Shown here one piece after another: positions 11,101 to 23,719 of a DNA stretch of 36,717 nucleotides; the stretch's first letter is position 1; every line of letters begins with the position of its first letter. The position numbers and the translations under genes were made by a program. Source of the DNA: Thraustochytrium aureum (taxonomy: Eukaryota); contig BLSG01000282.1 in the NCBI GenBank assembly GCA_012862495.1, forward strand, positions 32,848 to 69,564. Direction: 5' to 3'. The notes beneath the pieces are model-generated. The model did no database searches and was not told the DNA's origin. It was given only the letters and a program-made list of their open reading frames with translations.

Positions 11101-14100
11101 CATCGCTTTGCGTTCTCGCCCTCAAAGTTGGCATCGTGCACGGTCCGCTCTGTCCCCACATCGTGGCCTTCAGGGCGCAGCAGGTAGAGCTCGCTCGCCT
11201 CGGGCTGGTCGGGGTCAAAGTACACGGCTTCCTGCGACACGATCAGGCGGCCCAAGACTTCGACCTCGGGCCGGATCAAGTAGCACCGAGCAGCGGCGAA
11301 AACCAGCTCGTTCTGAGCGGGCCACGGCTGCTTTGACTCGCCGCGGATGGGGGTCTGGAGACCTGTTCACCCACTCTTCTAGGGTGAGCTTGCGGCGCGT
11401 CCAAATCGAGAACGGGATAACCTGCGGCGAGACGGGCGAGGCGGGCACAAGCGCGCTCCCGCCGGGCGTGGTCGGGGACTGAAGGCTGCAGCCGCCAAAG
11501 ACATCTCCAGAGCGGAGGCGGAGCGGTTGCCGTCGTCGCTGCTCGCGGCCTCCGTTCGGCTGGTGGGTCGCGTGATTTGGACCGACAGCGAGTTGGAGGA
11601 GGCCCCTGCCTCGTCAGAGTCCGTGACAGGGCGCTTGCGTTGCGTGGCAGCGCGAACGGTTTTCTCTAGCATGGTCTTGCGCTGAGGTCTCGGTGCTAGG
11701 GGTGACGACGTTTGGTCGCCGAGGTGGAGCGGTTCCGGCAATGTCAGATCGGGGGAGCTCCGAGCTCCAGAGTCGGTCGTACCCGTGTTGGCAGAGCCGG
11801 CACGGCCCTCCTCGCCCTCCTCCGCTTCGCCCTCTGCCTCTGTTGGCTGGGTCATTAGTGACATGTCGGCAATGGAGATCTGCTTGGACAGCTTGGCCCC
11901 AAAGTCCTCAAGCGACGCGTTTGCGTCCGGGAGCGACGCGTCTGCGTCCGGCTGCGAGCCCGCCCGCGCGGGGCCAAACCCGCCCCGGCCATCGTCCTCC
12001 AAAAGCCGACCTAGCCCACCGCCAGGGTCGGGCAAGGCACCGTGGCGTTGCGGCGCCCCTAAAGCGCGGTCAAGGTCAGCCAGCATCCTTGATGCGCTTT
12101 CGTCGAAGCCTATCCGCGACGCCGGATGCCGCTCCAAAGTGAGGGTCGCCGTTTGGGTTGCGCTCGAGGAGGGTGCGAGCGCGATGGCGCGGCTCGACGA
12201 ACGGGCTGAGGCGGAAGAGGCGCGCGCGGGCCGAGTCGACAAGCGCGAGCGCTTGCGACGTCTCGTCGTCGTGTCCTTGGGCCGATCGGAACGCCCGGAG
12301 CCCGACGAGGCCGTCGGGGGTTGCCCGGGATCCTGCCAGTGCAAGCTGGAGAACCTCGTACCGCTCAAGCAAGCGGCGCCAGGCGCGCTCGATTTGGGCC
12401 TGCAAGGTCATTCGGTTCACCTGTGTCGTGTAGATTCGTTCGTCTTCGCGGTCACGAGCGCGTTGCAGCTCGCTCTTGACGCGGCGCGAGAGGCCCATGG
12501 GCCGAAAGGATCGCCCAGCCCCATAAGCGGCCACATCGACAGGATTGGCGCGCCTAGCCATGGCTGTGCTTGAGCTCCGCTCGAAGCGAAAGAAGACGTG
12601 GCGGTGGAGGGCCTCTGCTTCGAGCTCGCGCTCTAGCGCTTGGCTGACAGGCAGAGCCAGCTGTGCGTGCCACTGCTGAAGGAAGTCCGGAAGCGTCGGG
12701 CGAGGCCGTCGAGCAGGGCCGGTGCCACAGCGCCGCTAGCTTCCAGCACGGGCCTCACTGCGGAAAACAGGACGTCGATCTTTTCTTGGCGCTGGGCGCC
12801 CGCTGCGTGGTCCATCTGCAGCGCGCAAATACCATGGTGCATGCTGTGAAGGAGGACAGCCGCAAGGGTTTTGTTCGCCGGGCTGCGGATCGCGAGGTCG
12901 TCGACCAGGAACGAGCGAGCGAGCGCCATGGCATCTTGGACGAGCGGCGTGGCGAGGAGCGCGGCGTGCCGCAAAAGGTGGGAGAGGAAGCGGACGACAG
13001 CCCGTTTGGGCATGTCGGAAACCTGTGCTTTGGCCTCGGTTTCGCCAGCAGATTTGTAGCTCCGAATGCCCGTGCGCGGCGGGGGCGCCCTGCGCTGTGC
13101 TGGAGCGGATGAAGCGGATGGTCTGGAGGGCGAGCTTAATGAATCGTTCGAGCTCCGCCCCGTTAGCGGCGAGCTCGGTTCGCGCCACACCGATCTCCGA
13201 GGGCTCGCGCCGCGCCGCCCCGGTGGGGTCGCGGTGCCACTGGTCGACGTCGCACTCCATGAAGACGACCTCGCCGATCTGCGTCTTGGCGAACACTTTG
13301 CGACCGTCCGCGGACTTTAGCACCTTGCCGCGGCGCACCGGGGGGTCGAAGACGATCTTGTACTCGTCGAAAAACCCGGTCTGCTGTACCCAGCAATGGA
13401 CCGAGTGGTATCGGCTCGGGAAACGTACTTCGGTGCGGCGATCGAGGACGACCCAGCCAGGCGCCGAGGACGAAGCGCGCGCACGAGCGGGTGCTGGCTC
13501 TGGCCCGCCAGCGCCTGCACTGCCGCCCTCGCTCAAGTCCTCCTCGCCGACCACGACCGTGGGAACGGCGAGCGGGGTTTCCGCGCCAGCCGCTTGACCA
13601 TCTGTGCTAGACCCGTGATGCGAGCTAGCGTCTTCTTCTTGCGGCCGGTTTCGGCCAAAGAGTGTCCAGCCAGAAGGATCTAGCTCGGCCATGTCGAAGG
13701 CGCTCTTTACAATGTAAAACACAACCCGATGGCGCGTCAGCGCGACACGGTCGCCCGGGGCCAGAAACGCGTAGCGCGGGTAATGGTACGCAACCCATGA
13801 CTGTGAGCTCTGCGCAAATCCGTAAAGCTGCGCGTGCGTCGGGTCCGTGTCGAGCGCGACGTCGACCCACTTTGTGTCACGCTTGGCCTCCAGCAGCGCG
13901 CGAGCGCCGCACGCGAGGACGGCGCCGTTCCCCTGCGCACTTGCGCACTTGAAAACTGTGGCAGAGGAAGAAGAAATAACCCCGCCTGGGCTTAGCGGGG
14001 CGAGGCGCAGCGTGTTGAGCCCCGTGAGCAGGATCTCCTCGGCCATGGCCAGCGTCATGAGAAAGTTGCGCGCCGCCTCAGGCAGCAGCCCACCTGCTTG

Positions 14101-17100
14101 CAGCGCAGCACAAGGCGCTCCCACACGCGTTCCAAGGTCTGGCGCAGGACTCGCACGGTTTTGTTGTGGCGCGCACCTCGACGACGGCGTTGATCTCCGG
14201 CAAGAGGTGGCGTTGTGCTGGATCGGCCTTGGCGACTTGCAAACGGGCGACTGCCAAGCTTCGTTCGCGCTCCTTGGCGATCCGCATGGCGCTCTCCGCG
14301 AGTCCTTGCCAAGATGCCCAGCCCGCCTGGGCGCGGTTGAGTTTTTTTGCTTCGGCGTGGCTGTCGTCCGGGCGCTGCGTTTCGTGCTCCATGAGAGTGC
14401 AGAGCAGGTCGGCAGCCACCTCGCCAACGAGGTAGTCGGCGCTCTGGTCGTCCTGGTGGTTGAGGCTCTGNNNNNNNNNNNNNNNNNNNNNNNNNNNNNN
14501 NNNNNNNNNNNNNNNNNNNNNNNNNNNNNNNNNNNNNNNNNNNNNNNNNNNNNNNNNNNNNNNNNNNNNNNNNNNNNNNNNNNNNNNNNNNNNNNNNNNN
14601 NNNNNNNNNNNNNNNNNNNNNNNNNNNNNNNNNNNNNNNNNNNNNNNNNNNNNNNNNNNNNNNNNNNNNNNNNNNNNNNNNNNNNNNNNNNNNNNNNNNN
14701 NNNNNNNNNNNNNNNNNNNNNNNNNNNNNNNNNNNNNNNNNNNNNNNNNNNNNNNNNNNNNNNNNNNNNNNNNNNNNNNNNNNNNNNNNNNNNNNNNNNN
14801 NNNNNNNNNNNNNNNNNNNNNNNNNNNNNNNNNNNNNNNNNNNNNNNNNNNNNNNNNNNNNNNNNNNNNNNNNNNNNNNNNNNNNNNNNNNNNNNNNNNN
14901 NNNNNNNNNNNNNNNNNNNNNNNNNNNNNNNNNNNNNNNNNNNNNNNNNNCGAAGCAGAGTCTGGCGTCGTCTGCGCATCCCCGGGCGATACGGCTGGAG
15001 CAACAGCGGGCGAGGTGTCTTGGTCATGCGTGGCGATGGAGGCTGGCGACGGCGGCGGTGTCTCGAGAACCACGCCAGGAAGCTGGCCAGGCCTGGTGCC
15101 CGATGCGCTGCGCCTACCGGGCATCTTGAAGCCCCTCCCGCCGACAGAGAGGGTGGCTGCGGGCGCGCGCTTCAAGTCGGGGGTGCCGGGCGAGCCAGGC
15201 CGCGTCTCGTGCGGCGGCGAGCCAATACCGAGGAGGAGGTCAACCCCCCCGGCAATCTCGATTGCGTCGTACAGCATCTCTGCCTGCTCCACCTCTGACA
15301 CGGGCCAGTCCCGGGTAGTGACGATGATTGGGAGCAACATCGCAGCAAACATGGCAAGCAGACGTGTCGTCGCAGAGGCACATGGGTTGCGCGAGGCAAA
15401 GCTGAGGATCGCGGCGACCTCTCCCGGGACGGGGCCTGCCTTTGGGCAAAACACAATCCGGTCCGTCCCCGAGCCGTCATCAGCGGCATCTGTTGCTGAA
15501 GCGGCGGCTGCCGCGACGGCAGACTGCGAACCCAGACGGGCGCCGACGGGGCCAGGGCCACTGGGATCAAAGTCGGCGCCATGGATATGCGCTGAGGCGA
15601 GGCCGGTCGTTGTGAAAAACGCCGCGAAGACTTTGACCAGGGGGCCAACGCACTCGGCACACAGATACTCGGGCGGCTGGGTGTCCGCCCCGAACGCACT
15701 GTTTAGAGGGCTCGCGAGCGGCGAGGGCGCTGCAAAGCCGCCGCTGTGCGAGGCATATTGACCCGCTGACGCCGTGTGGCCCGGCGAGGACGCTGGGAAG
15801 CTCTCGCCGTCGGTGTCGGCGTCGGAGAGCGAGAAGGCTTCTGGCGCGTGTTGGCTGGTCTGGTAGAGGTCGACCGCGTCGCGCCTTGCTCGTAGTGCTG
15901 TGTCCCAATCTGCGTCCCAGCAGGCGCTGAGCAAATCGAGTAAAACGTACGGGCCGAGCACGATCCGGCACTCGAGCGCATTGCACTGCACGTAGTCGAG
16001 AAGGCGCTGGACCCAGTACACCTGTGTGGCCTGGTCCGCGCGGGCCCAGATGCGCACGTCGCACACTAGCAAAAGGAGGCCTTCGCACCTGAGGCTCGTG
16101 TCGGCGTAGCCGACGCGGAGCACGGTCTCGAGACAAGCCTTGGCAACCGGGATGGTGAGGAGCTCGCGAGGGACGCGCTGGAGCGCCCAGCCCACGAGCC
16201 CAAAGCCACCGAGGCTAAGCAGGCTTTCGCGGTAGGTCTGGCGGGCATAGAGCGCCTCGCCGATGGTGAGGATCAGCTTGGCGAGGAGGCGGGCCCGCTC
16301 TGCGGCGGGGGCAGGGGCGGCCTGATCAGCAAAGCGGCCGCCCGTGGCGGGCGGTGCGGCATAGAGGTGGTGCGCTTGGCGAACATGAAGCGGTAGCAGG
16401 CCAACGAGCTCAACGAAGAGCGGCTTGAGGCCGCCCAGCGGCTCGAGCGTGGGGTGCGACTGAGAGTCGAAGACAGCTAGCGCGGCGCCGGACAGTCGCG
16501 CGTACAGGGCCGATGGCCGCCCCGAGGCGGTCGATTTCGCGGATGCGGCAGCCTCGAGCGCGGCGTTCTGCGCGAAGGAGGCAGGCTCAACGATCTGGTC
16601 TTGGGCGCAAGCCTTGCGGCGCCCTCGGGGGCAGACGAGCTGGAGAGCCCCGCCGCTGACCTCAATTTGCCAGCCCGAAGCGGCCTCCGAGCCGCCAATG
16701 CAGGTCCGAGGGTCAATGGTGAACACGATGGGGGCGTCGTCGTACTGGTGCCCGCGAGGCAGTTGAAGGCGCGCTCGCTCGTGCTGCAAGCGCGCCATGT
16801 CCTCGATGCGGTCGGTTTCGCCAGGGTCGTCGCTGGGGACCGCGACCTTGAAGAGAAACGAGGCTGCCGAGTGAAGTGTGCCGGCGGATGCGGAGGCGAT
16901 GTGCGAGGTTGTGGCCCCGATCTGCGCCGTGGTGGCCCCTGCCCGCTTGGAGATCTCGGCGGTGGCCGAGGCGAGTGTAGAGCGGGGGTTGAAAAGCAGG
17001 CCCTTTGTGGCCGCGGCGGGGGCGCTGCGGAGAATCTCCTGCACGCTCTGGCGCAGCCTCCGCGATCCTCGGCAGTGACGTGGCCCACCTTGGTGACTGT

Positions 17101-18008
17101 AAAGCGCTTGTTGATGTCTGTCCGTAGAGCGTCGGTGGCGTGGAGCCGCTTGCGCGAGGAGGGCAGCTTGTTGGTTCCCAGGGCGAGGTCCGGGTTTGGG
17201 ACTGCTGTCTTGAGCCGCGGCGAGCCCACGACGAGCTCGCGCACTTGCTGCTGTGTGAGGCCGCCTTCAAAGAGCGTTGGGCAAGCTATGCGGCCCCCAA
17301 AGCCCTGTCCTAGGACGTTTTGCGTGGCCGGGTGTTCGAGAGCGGGGAAGGGGAGCGGGGCTTCGAGCCGACGCGCGCCGTCGAGGAACACGGAGAGGGT
17401 TGCGCCTGCGAGGTAGGGTTGCGCGTGGGCGATGACAAGATGCGTCCACGCCCTAGGGGCGAAGGACACGCTGCAGGCTGCCTGGTGCCAGCGGCGGTCG
17501 CCTGGCCCCCGCGTGCGGACGTGCAGGCGTGCCCGGAGCGGCGCGACCTGCCCCTTGGCCTCGTTGTCGGCGTCGCCTGGACTTGGCGCGTCCTCCACGG
17601 TGGCCTCGATGCCGTGGCCAGCCGTGGTTTGGAAGCGAAAGATGACGCGCTGTCGTGGCGCAGCGGTGCCGCCGGGGTGTTGCGGCGGGTCCAACGAGAC
17701 AAGGGCCGCGAATGAGTAGCCCCTCAGTTTATCAATGTGAAGCGGCGGCAGAGAGAGGCTGTCCGCGGGGTCTTGACCGAACGAGATGTACGCGTCGGGG
17801 AACACGTAGCCGGCCTCGCCTGTGCTGAACTGTGCTCGCCCGCTGTTGGCGAGTATGGTACCTAGTGCGTCGAGCAGGCACGATTTGAGCTGCACGTCTT
17901 GTGTCTCGCGCATCCACTCGATGAGGCGGGCGAGTCCGCTGGAAGTGACGTGGCTGTGCGCAATCATGTTTTCCACTTGCTTGAGCTCGGCGCGCGCCGG
18001 CGAGTTTG
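8140..18008 (-). CDS. BEACH-domain protein (neurobeachin/LRBA/NBEAL-like): ConA-like - DUF4704-like - galactose-binding-like - PH-BEACH - BEACH - WD40; 5' end in or beyond the gap; about 8 frameshifts and 1 probable intron
   Basis: Canonical BEACH motifs in 9860-10720: [128 protein letters not shown]. PH-BEACH motif LRRYRMRDSALEMF. WD40 repeats (AH..LVSGCEQGSVRVWD; LSGHVGPIIALAVS) in 8140-9402. ConA-like GYSFAALV..WTHLVIAH..VFLDG in 17260-17730. DUF4704-like LGGLKPLF..DVRIW at about 16000-16450. Confidence 0.92.
11355..11421 (-). other. Probable 67-nt intron in the BEACH gene
   Basis: CAG|GTTATC...GCTCAC...CTCCAG|ACC, phase 0. It joins SPVSPQ to TPIRGESKQPWPAQNELVF just before the PH-BEACH domain. 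The donor is weak. Confidence 0.5.
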
Positions 18009-19685
18009 NNNNNNNNNNNNNNNNNNNNNNNNNNNNNNNNNNNNNNNNNNNNNNNNNNNNNNNNNNNNNNNNNNNNNNNNNNNNNNNNNNNNNNNNNNNN
18101 NNNNNNNNNNNNNNNNNNNNNNNNNNNNNNNNNNNNNNNNNNNNNNNNNNNNNNNNNNNNNNNNNNNNNNNNNNNNNNNNNNNNNNNNNNNNNNNNNNNN
18201 NNNNNNNNNNNNNNNNNNNNNNNNNNNNNNNNNNNNNNNNNNNNNNNNNNNNNNNNNNNNNNNNNNNNNNNNNNNNNNNNNNNNNNNNNNNNNNNNNNNN
18301 NNNNNNNNNNNNNNNNNNNNNNNNNNNNNNNNNNNNNNNNNNNNNNNNNNNNNNNNNNNNNNNNNNNNNNNNNNNNNNNNNNNNNNNNNNNNNNNNNNNN
18401 NNNNNNNNNNNNNNNNNNNNNNNNNNNNNNNNNNNNNNNNNNNNNNNNNNNNNNNNNNNNNNNNNNNNNNNNNNNNNNNNNNNNNNNNNNNNNNNNNNNN
18501 NNNNNNNNNNNNNNNNNNNNGGCAGCCTGGTGCACACCCGTCCGTCGCACTTTACCGTTGCAGCGCGCGCTTGGCGACTGGCGCTTGCGCGCGACTTGGT
18601 GGGAGCTGGAGCTGAGTTCAGTTCTGACGCAGAGTCATGGCGGCCGTCGTCGTCGTTGGAGCGAGCCGTTTGGGCGCCATGCGCTCGGCGAGGCCTGAAT
18701 GAAACAAACCCCTGCAGCAAGAGCTGTCGGAGTGCGGAGCCCCCCACGAGGGCGGGATGCACGACGCCGACTCGCTGGCAGTTACTCCTCGGGAGTCGGC
18801 ACTCGCGCCTCGAGACGGTATGGGCGGCGGAGTCGCACGTGGCCGTGGATGAATTGGAGTGGATTGCCCCGCTTGCCGACAGTCATTGGGGCAAGTTGGT
18901 GCAAGCGCTTCAAACAGACTGCTGCGAGTCGGGGAGATTCCTCGCCCACGCGCTCGTGATGGTCGTGTCAGCCAGCCCGTACGTCCGCCCATGCCACTCC
19001 TGATTCGGAGGATGAATGACGAATGGGTGAACGAACGAAAGAGGCAAGAAACTAGGCGTTTCCAAAACCGTTATTTGCCTATTTCGGTCCACAGGAGAGA
19101 ACATGGATTGAGAAAAAATTTCAAAAAAAGGGAAACTACTGTGAGTACTGAGTACCTTGCTCTACTCGAGTACCTACTTTTTGCTGCTCGCAGAAGGGAG
19201 TGATGATGATCGTGGTGATGATGATGGTGATGAACTTCAAGTTCCTTGCAATAAGGTAGGACGCCCGGACCTCGTGCCGAAGAGAATCAAAAACCGCCTT
19301 CATTTTCCCGCCTCCTGCTCGGCGTCATCGGGGAAGGCGGCCCTCACAAAGCTGTCATCGCGTGTCCGGGCCCAGTTTTTCGCCTGCCAGAAGCTGACGA
19401 CAAGCTGACGATGGTGAGATTTTGCAGCAGGACGCGGTGTGGCGGACATACGTACCACTCTACTCTAGAGTACATGGATGCACTGCATAGAAGAACTGGC
19501 TACGTCCAGCACCCAGCACGGACGTCCAACTCCAGCAGCAAGAACGAACCGACTCGTACTTGCCAAGCCCCAAGGGATAGGACCTCCCAAGAGATAGACC
19601 AACTTTTACTCGCTCGCGCCTTGCCGTGGGGAGCTCGCTGCAACTTTCTTGCAGTTCAGACGTTTCACAAAGAAGGAAACAGAGA

Positions 19686-19803
19686 CCTTGCCGCGAGACA
19701 CGGGGCTCCCTTGCCGCGAGACACGGGGCTCCCTTGCCGCGAGGCACGGGGCTCCCTTGCCGCGAGGCTCCCTTGCCGCGAGGCACGGGGCTCCCTTGCC
19801 GCG
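19686..19803. repeat. 23-bp minisatellite CCTTGCCGCGAG(A/G)CACGGGGCTC, about 5.3 copies
   Basis: Units start at 19686, 19709, 19732, 19755 (internally deleted, 16 bp), 19771 and 19794 (partial). Confidence 0.95.
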
Positions 19804-20600
19804 TGGAGAATGGACAAGCACTGGCAGACGCCACTTTTGTCTTTCGTCTGCAAAAAGCAAGGATGATGCCAGACCAAGGCGAACGTGCGTGCGGCTGTCC
19901 AAAAAACGCATCCTCTTGCACCGCGTGCGGCACTCCCCCAAAACCGCAACTTGTTACACCGCCAGCCATTGGCGTATGCCGGCACATTTAGTTCCTTCCA
20001 ATGCGTGCGTCAAGAAACTCGATGGCTCCCAGCGCCAGCAACGAGTTCCCCGGAAGCTGAGAAGCCGAGGAGGATCCGAATCCGGTTGTTTGGGGCGTTT
20101 CAGAGTTTGGATCTCCAAGAGCCAGTTTGGTTTCGGGAGCTGCGCAAAAGCGTGGCAAAAGGGATGGCCGGGACAAGAGAGATCAGCAGAGTATTGCTGG
20201 AGCCTTTTCCGCTGCTCCGGGGAGCGGCGTCTCTCACGCCTGCTGCCGAAAACAGCGCTTCTCGGCTGGCGTTAGCCGACGCCGCAGTTTAGCCGTTTTT
20301 GGTTTTGCAGTCATTTCATCAGTGTGTCCTGTCCGGACAAAAAACTTTCTTGCAAGCTTCGAAGAAGCCGACGTCCTTTGCACGGTCGGCGACTCGGAGC
20401 CTTGCCGGAGAACGTGGAGCCAAGCCAGGTTTACGGAGTTGGATCTTCTCCCTCTCTTGCCAGCCAAAAGAGAACTGAGATCTGGGAAACTGATCAGTGG
20501 CAGACTTTTAGAACGACGCCGCCGTTACCGTTGCCGGCCGCTTCCTCGAGGCCCTGTCAGCGCGAGCCGGGTTAAAGTCGACCGTGTCACTCGCAGCTGG

Positions 20601-20602
<2 letters not shown>

Positions 20603-20666
<64 letters not shown>
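20603..20666. repeat. (CAG)n microsatellite running into an N-gap
   Basis: At least 21 perfect CAG units before the gap at 20667. Confidence 0.95.
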
Positions 20667-23600
20667 NNNNNNNNNNNNNNNNNNNNNNNNNNNNNNNNNN
20701 NNNNNNNNNNNNNNNNNNNNNNNNNNNNNNNNNNNNNNNNNNNNNNNNNNNNNNNNNNNNNNNNNNNNNNNNNNNNNNNNNNNNNNNNNNNNNNNNNNNN
20801 NNNNNNNNNNNNNNNNNNNNNNNNNNNNNNNNNNNNNNNNNNNNNNNNNNNNNNNNNNNNNNNNNNNNNNNNNNNNNNNNNNNNNNNNNNNNNNNNNNNN
20901 NNNNNNNNNNNNNNNNNNNNNNNNNNNNNNNNNNNNNNNNNNNNNNNNNNNNNNNNNNNNNNNNNNNNNNNNNNNNNNNNNNNNNNNNNNNNNNNNNNNN
21001 NNNCCCCCCCCTCTCCAGAACCGGAGAGTGCCACGCACGCAACTGTTCTTAAAAAAAACATACTCGTGTGCTGTGCATGTGCAGGTCTGACTGCCAAAGT
21101 TGGGCCGCAACTTCGAAGGCCAGCGTCATCGCTGTCCGTTCGTTGGAGAGCGCGCGAGATACCGGCCAATTGTCAAGCACTACAGCTGTGCGTAATGCGC
21201 CACGCCACAATGGGAATTGCAGACCAGACATCGGCCCTGCTCGGCCACTGCACGCGATTTGTCATGCGCAAAAGCAACGCCGCCGAGCGTAACGTCTGAC
21301 TTGGAACTGGCCCACCCCCAACTGTGCCTGCGCGTTGAATCGTTCGCGGGTCCAATCCTTCGTGTCCCGGGCCTCCCGGCCCTCGACACGTACGCCTGCT
21401 GATCAGTGGTAGCACGTTGGGGCAAGATCAAGTTGCTCCGAGGCACTTTACTCGTTCAAGCCAAACCTTATGAGCGGCTCGCAAAATTCACGAAAGAGTT
21501 CCGGAAAGAGGAAGAATGTCCGAAAGCTAGCCAGCCGCAAAGCACCCATCGGTGTGCACTGCGAGCGCGAGAGCGTGCGTCCGCATCATGGCACGCAGCA
21601 GGATCCTCCCTCCTGAGCTGACTGACCCTTTGCTTGCTTGCCGGGAGCCCCTTTCGTGGAACTCGTCCTCCTTCAGCCCCGCCCCCCCCCCAAAAAAAAA
21701 GAGTCCGGCGCAGATCGGCGGAGCGCGTGAGCGCGACTTCTCATTGCATAGCACCCAGCTCTGTCCCGAGTTGCGCTGCTCGTGTCAAGTCAGCAATCCA
21801 GGGGCCTTTGCCGCGAGCTGGGACCTTGGATGTTGGCGCGCTTGCAACCTGGACTCGGAGGCCCGAGGCGTGCGCCGCGCGGCGACCAGACAAGTTGCTC
21901 GCGCTTGAACGGTCCGAGAAACAAGTTCTGGCTGCCAGTGGGTCCAAAGCAGCGAAATAGTCTCGGGAACCCTGAGCGGGCTAGTGTCGTTGTAGGAGTT
22001 GGGCACTGCTGCGGGTACTTGCTGAGACGAGACGCTGGGTGTCTTTGCGGGTAGGAACGGAGTGCTGGTGCATGCATTTCAGGTACTGAGTACTGCGAAA
22101 TGCAACGAGGAAGGAAACCGTCTGATGCACAGTCTGCAGAGGGAAATCTCGACAAGCGTAGGGAGGCATGCACGCGTGAGGAGAGAGCCTTCTATCGGTA
22201 TAATGAGTAAATAGATTAAATTGTCATTTGCGCGTTATTAACGCGAGTTCGGGGAGAAAGCTGCCAGAGCGGTTGGCAAACCGCGCCGTCGGCCCGCGAC
22301 ACTTGACCACGTGCAATCGTTGACGTACGCTGCTTTAGAGCGCACTCCAGCTAGCGAGCTAGCTTCCGCCTTGCCGGTGGGTCAGCTCAGTTGCTTGAAA
22401 CCGCCGCGCCTTGAGAGGCGCGAAAGCGGCCCCAAGGTGGATTCCCTCCGGCGCAATCTTGAAGCGGTTCCAATTGCAACGTGATGGCGCGAGACAACTC
22501 TCGCGACAAAAAAAAACTGGCTTACCCCCTGTCGACACAAACGTGATAATTAAAATTATAAAAAAGACCCGTTTAGCCTTTTGCCAGAGACTTGGAGTGC
22601 AAGCCGGCAGATTCTCACGCTCAAGAGTTGCGCTGGCGGCTGTGTTTGGTCTTTTTGCCAGCCAGCGGTTTCGCCACAGGCGTGCGTGCATTCTGCATAT
22701 GCGTGCGTGCCTCAATGAGTTTGCTCAATGTGATGGCCGCCGGCGCGGCACATCCGCTGCAGATTGGCCAGAGGGACCGTGAGACGACTTGCGCCCCGAA
22801 AAATAAATGCACGTCTGACTTGGCTGCCACGTGGAAACATGCGAAAAAAACATCCGCCCCTCAGGTCGTCCACCACCTCATAGAGTACGAGCGTGGGAAG
22901 TTCCCATTCACACCGACTTTGGTTTGGTTCCCCAGAGGGCCTGTTCTGAGAGTACTTACTCTGCTCAACTTTGCAGTAAAGCCACCGGAGGAGGAGAGTC
23001 CACGGAGGGCTTTCACGCCATCGGCCGACGCCCTCACGCTCGGCCGCCGCTCTTGAGCAAGCCCCGCTCAACGCCACCGGAGGCGAACATGCGGCGAAGA
23101 GCCGCAGCTCGGAAGGGAGGTCATCGCGAGACGAGTTACAATTCCTACCTCCCTCCCCCCCCCAACAACTTAGCCAAAACGGCTCTGGTGGCCAGAGTGG
23201 TGGGTGCTGCAGAAAGTGCGAGCGACAAAGCAAAATAAAAGCCTCCGAGTCGGCGATGTGAGAGCGCGCCTCGCCGCATCTCCGCCGCTCGACGCTATCT
23301 CCCTGACGATAGAGCTCCGGCTCGAGGGAAAAAGGTTAAAAGTCCACCTCGCCCTCAGAAAAGCCGCGCCGCGGGAGGAGGTTGAAGGAGGGGCGGCCGT
23401 CCAGCAGCCAAGTACGACAAGAGAGGACGGTGTGCGGGCGCGAGAGAGAGAGATAGATACTAGAGAGATAGTAGAAGCGCTGCTGGCAGCCTGCAGCAGC
23501 CGTCCAGCACCACGGGAAAGGGCAGGGGCGGGAGGAGGAAGGCGTAAGGGAGGGCGAAGTATAACAAAGTAAGACAAGCAACAGCAGCGAGGAAGGAAGG

Positions 23601-23719
23601 AGGAAGGAGGGAGGCGAACGAGATGCTGGTGGTCGACACTCTGGGAAGCGCTGTGTGGGCCTCTTGAAGGCTGCAGTGCTTTGGCCGCTCCGCCCGCGGG
23701 TGAGTGAGTCAGCTGTGAG

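Noticed and set aside
8140..18008. BEACH locus as several separate genes or as a pseudogene
   Set aside because: Domains follow the canonical single-gene order with no intergenic gaps, and the BEACH core is fully conserved.
18521..19003. Candidate first exon or start codon of the BEACH gene
   Set aside because: The frame across the 512-N gap cannot be determined and none of the readings is convincingly protein-like.
19686..19803. CRISPR-like array
   Set aside because: Head-to-tail units with no spacers, no cas genes and a eukaryotic context.
20584..21169. Poly-Q, poly-A, poly-C and poly-L ORFs spanning the CAG repeat and gap
   Set aside because: Artefacts of a microsatellite plus N-run; the flanks show no coding signal.
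22069..22076. TGCATGCA (known ApiAP2-type motif), also at 33918
   Set aside because: Two occurrences in 36 kb are compatible with chance, and there is no evidence that this AP2 protein binds it.
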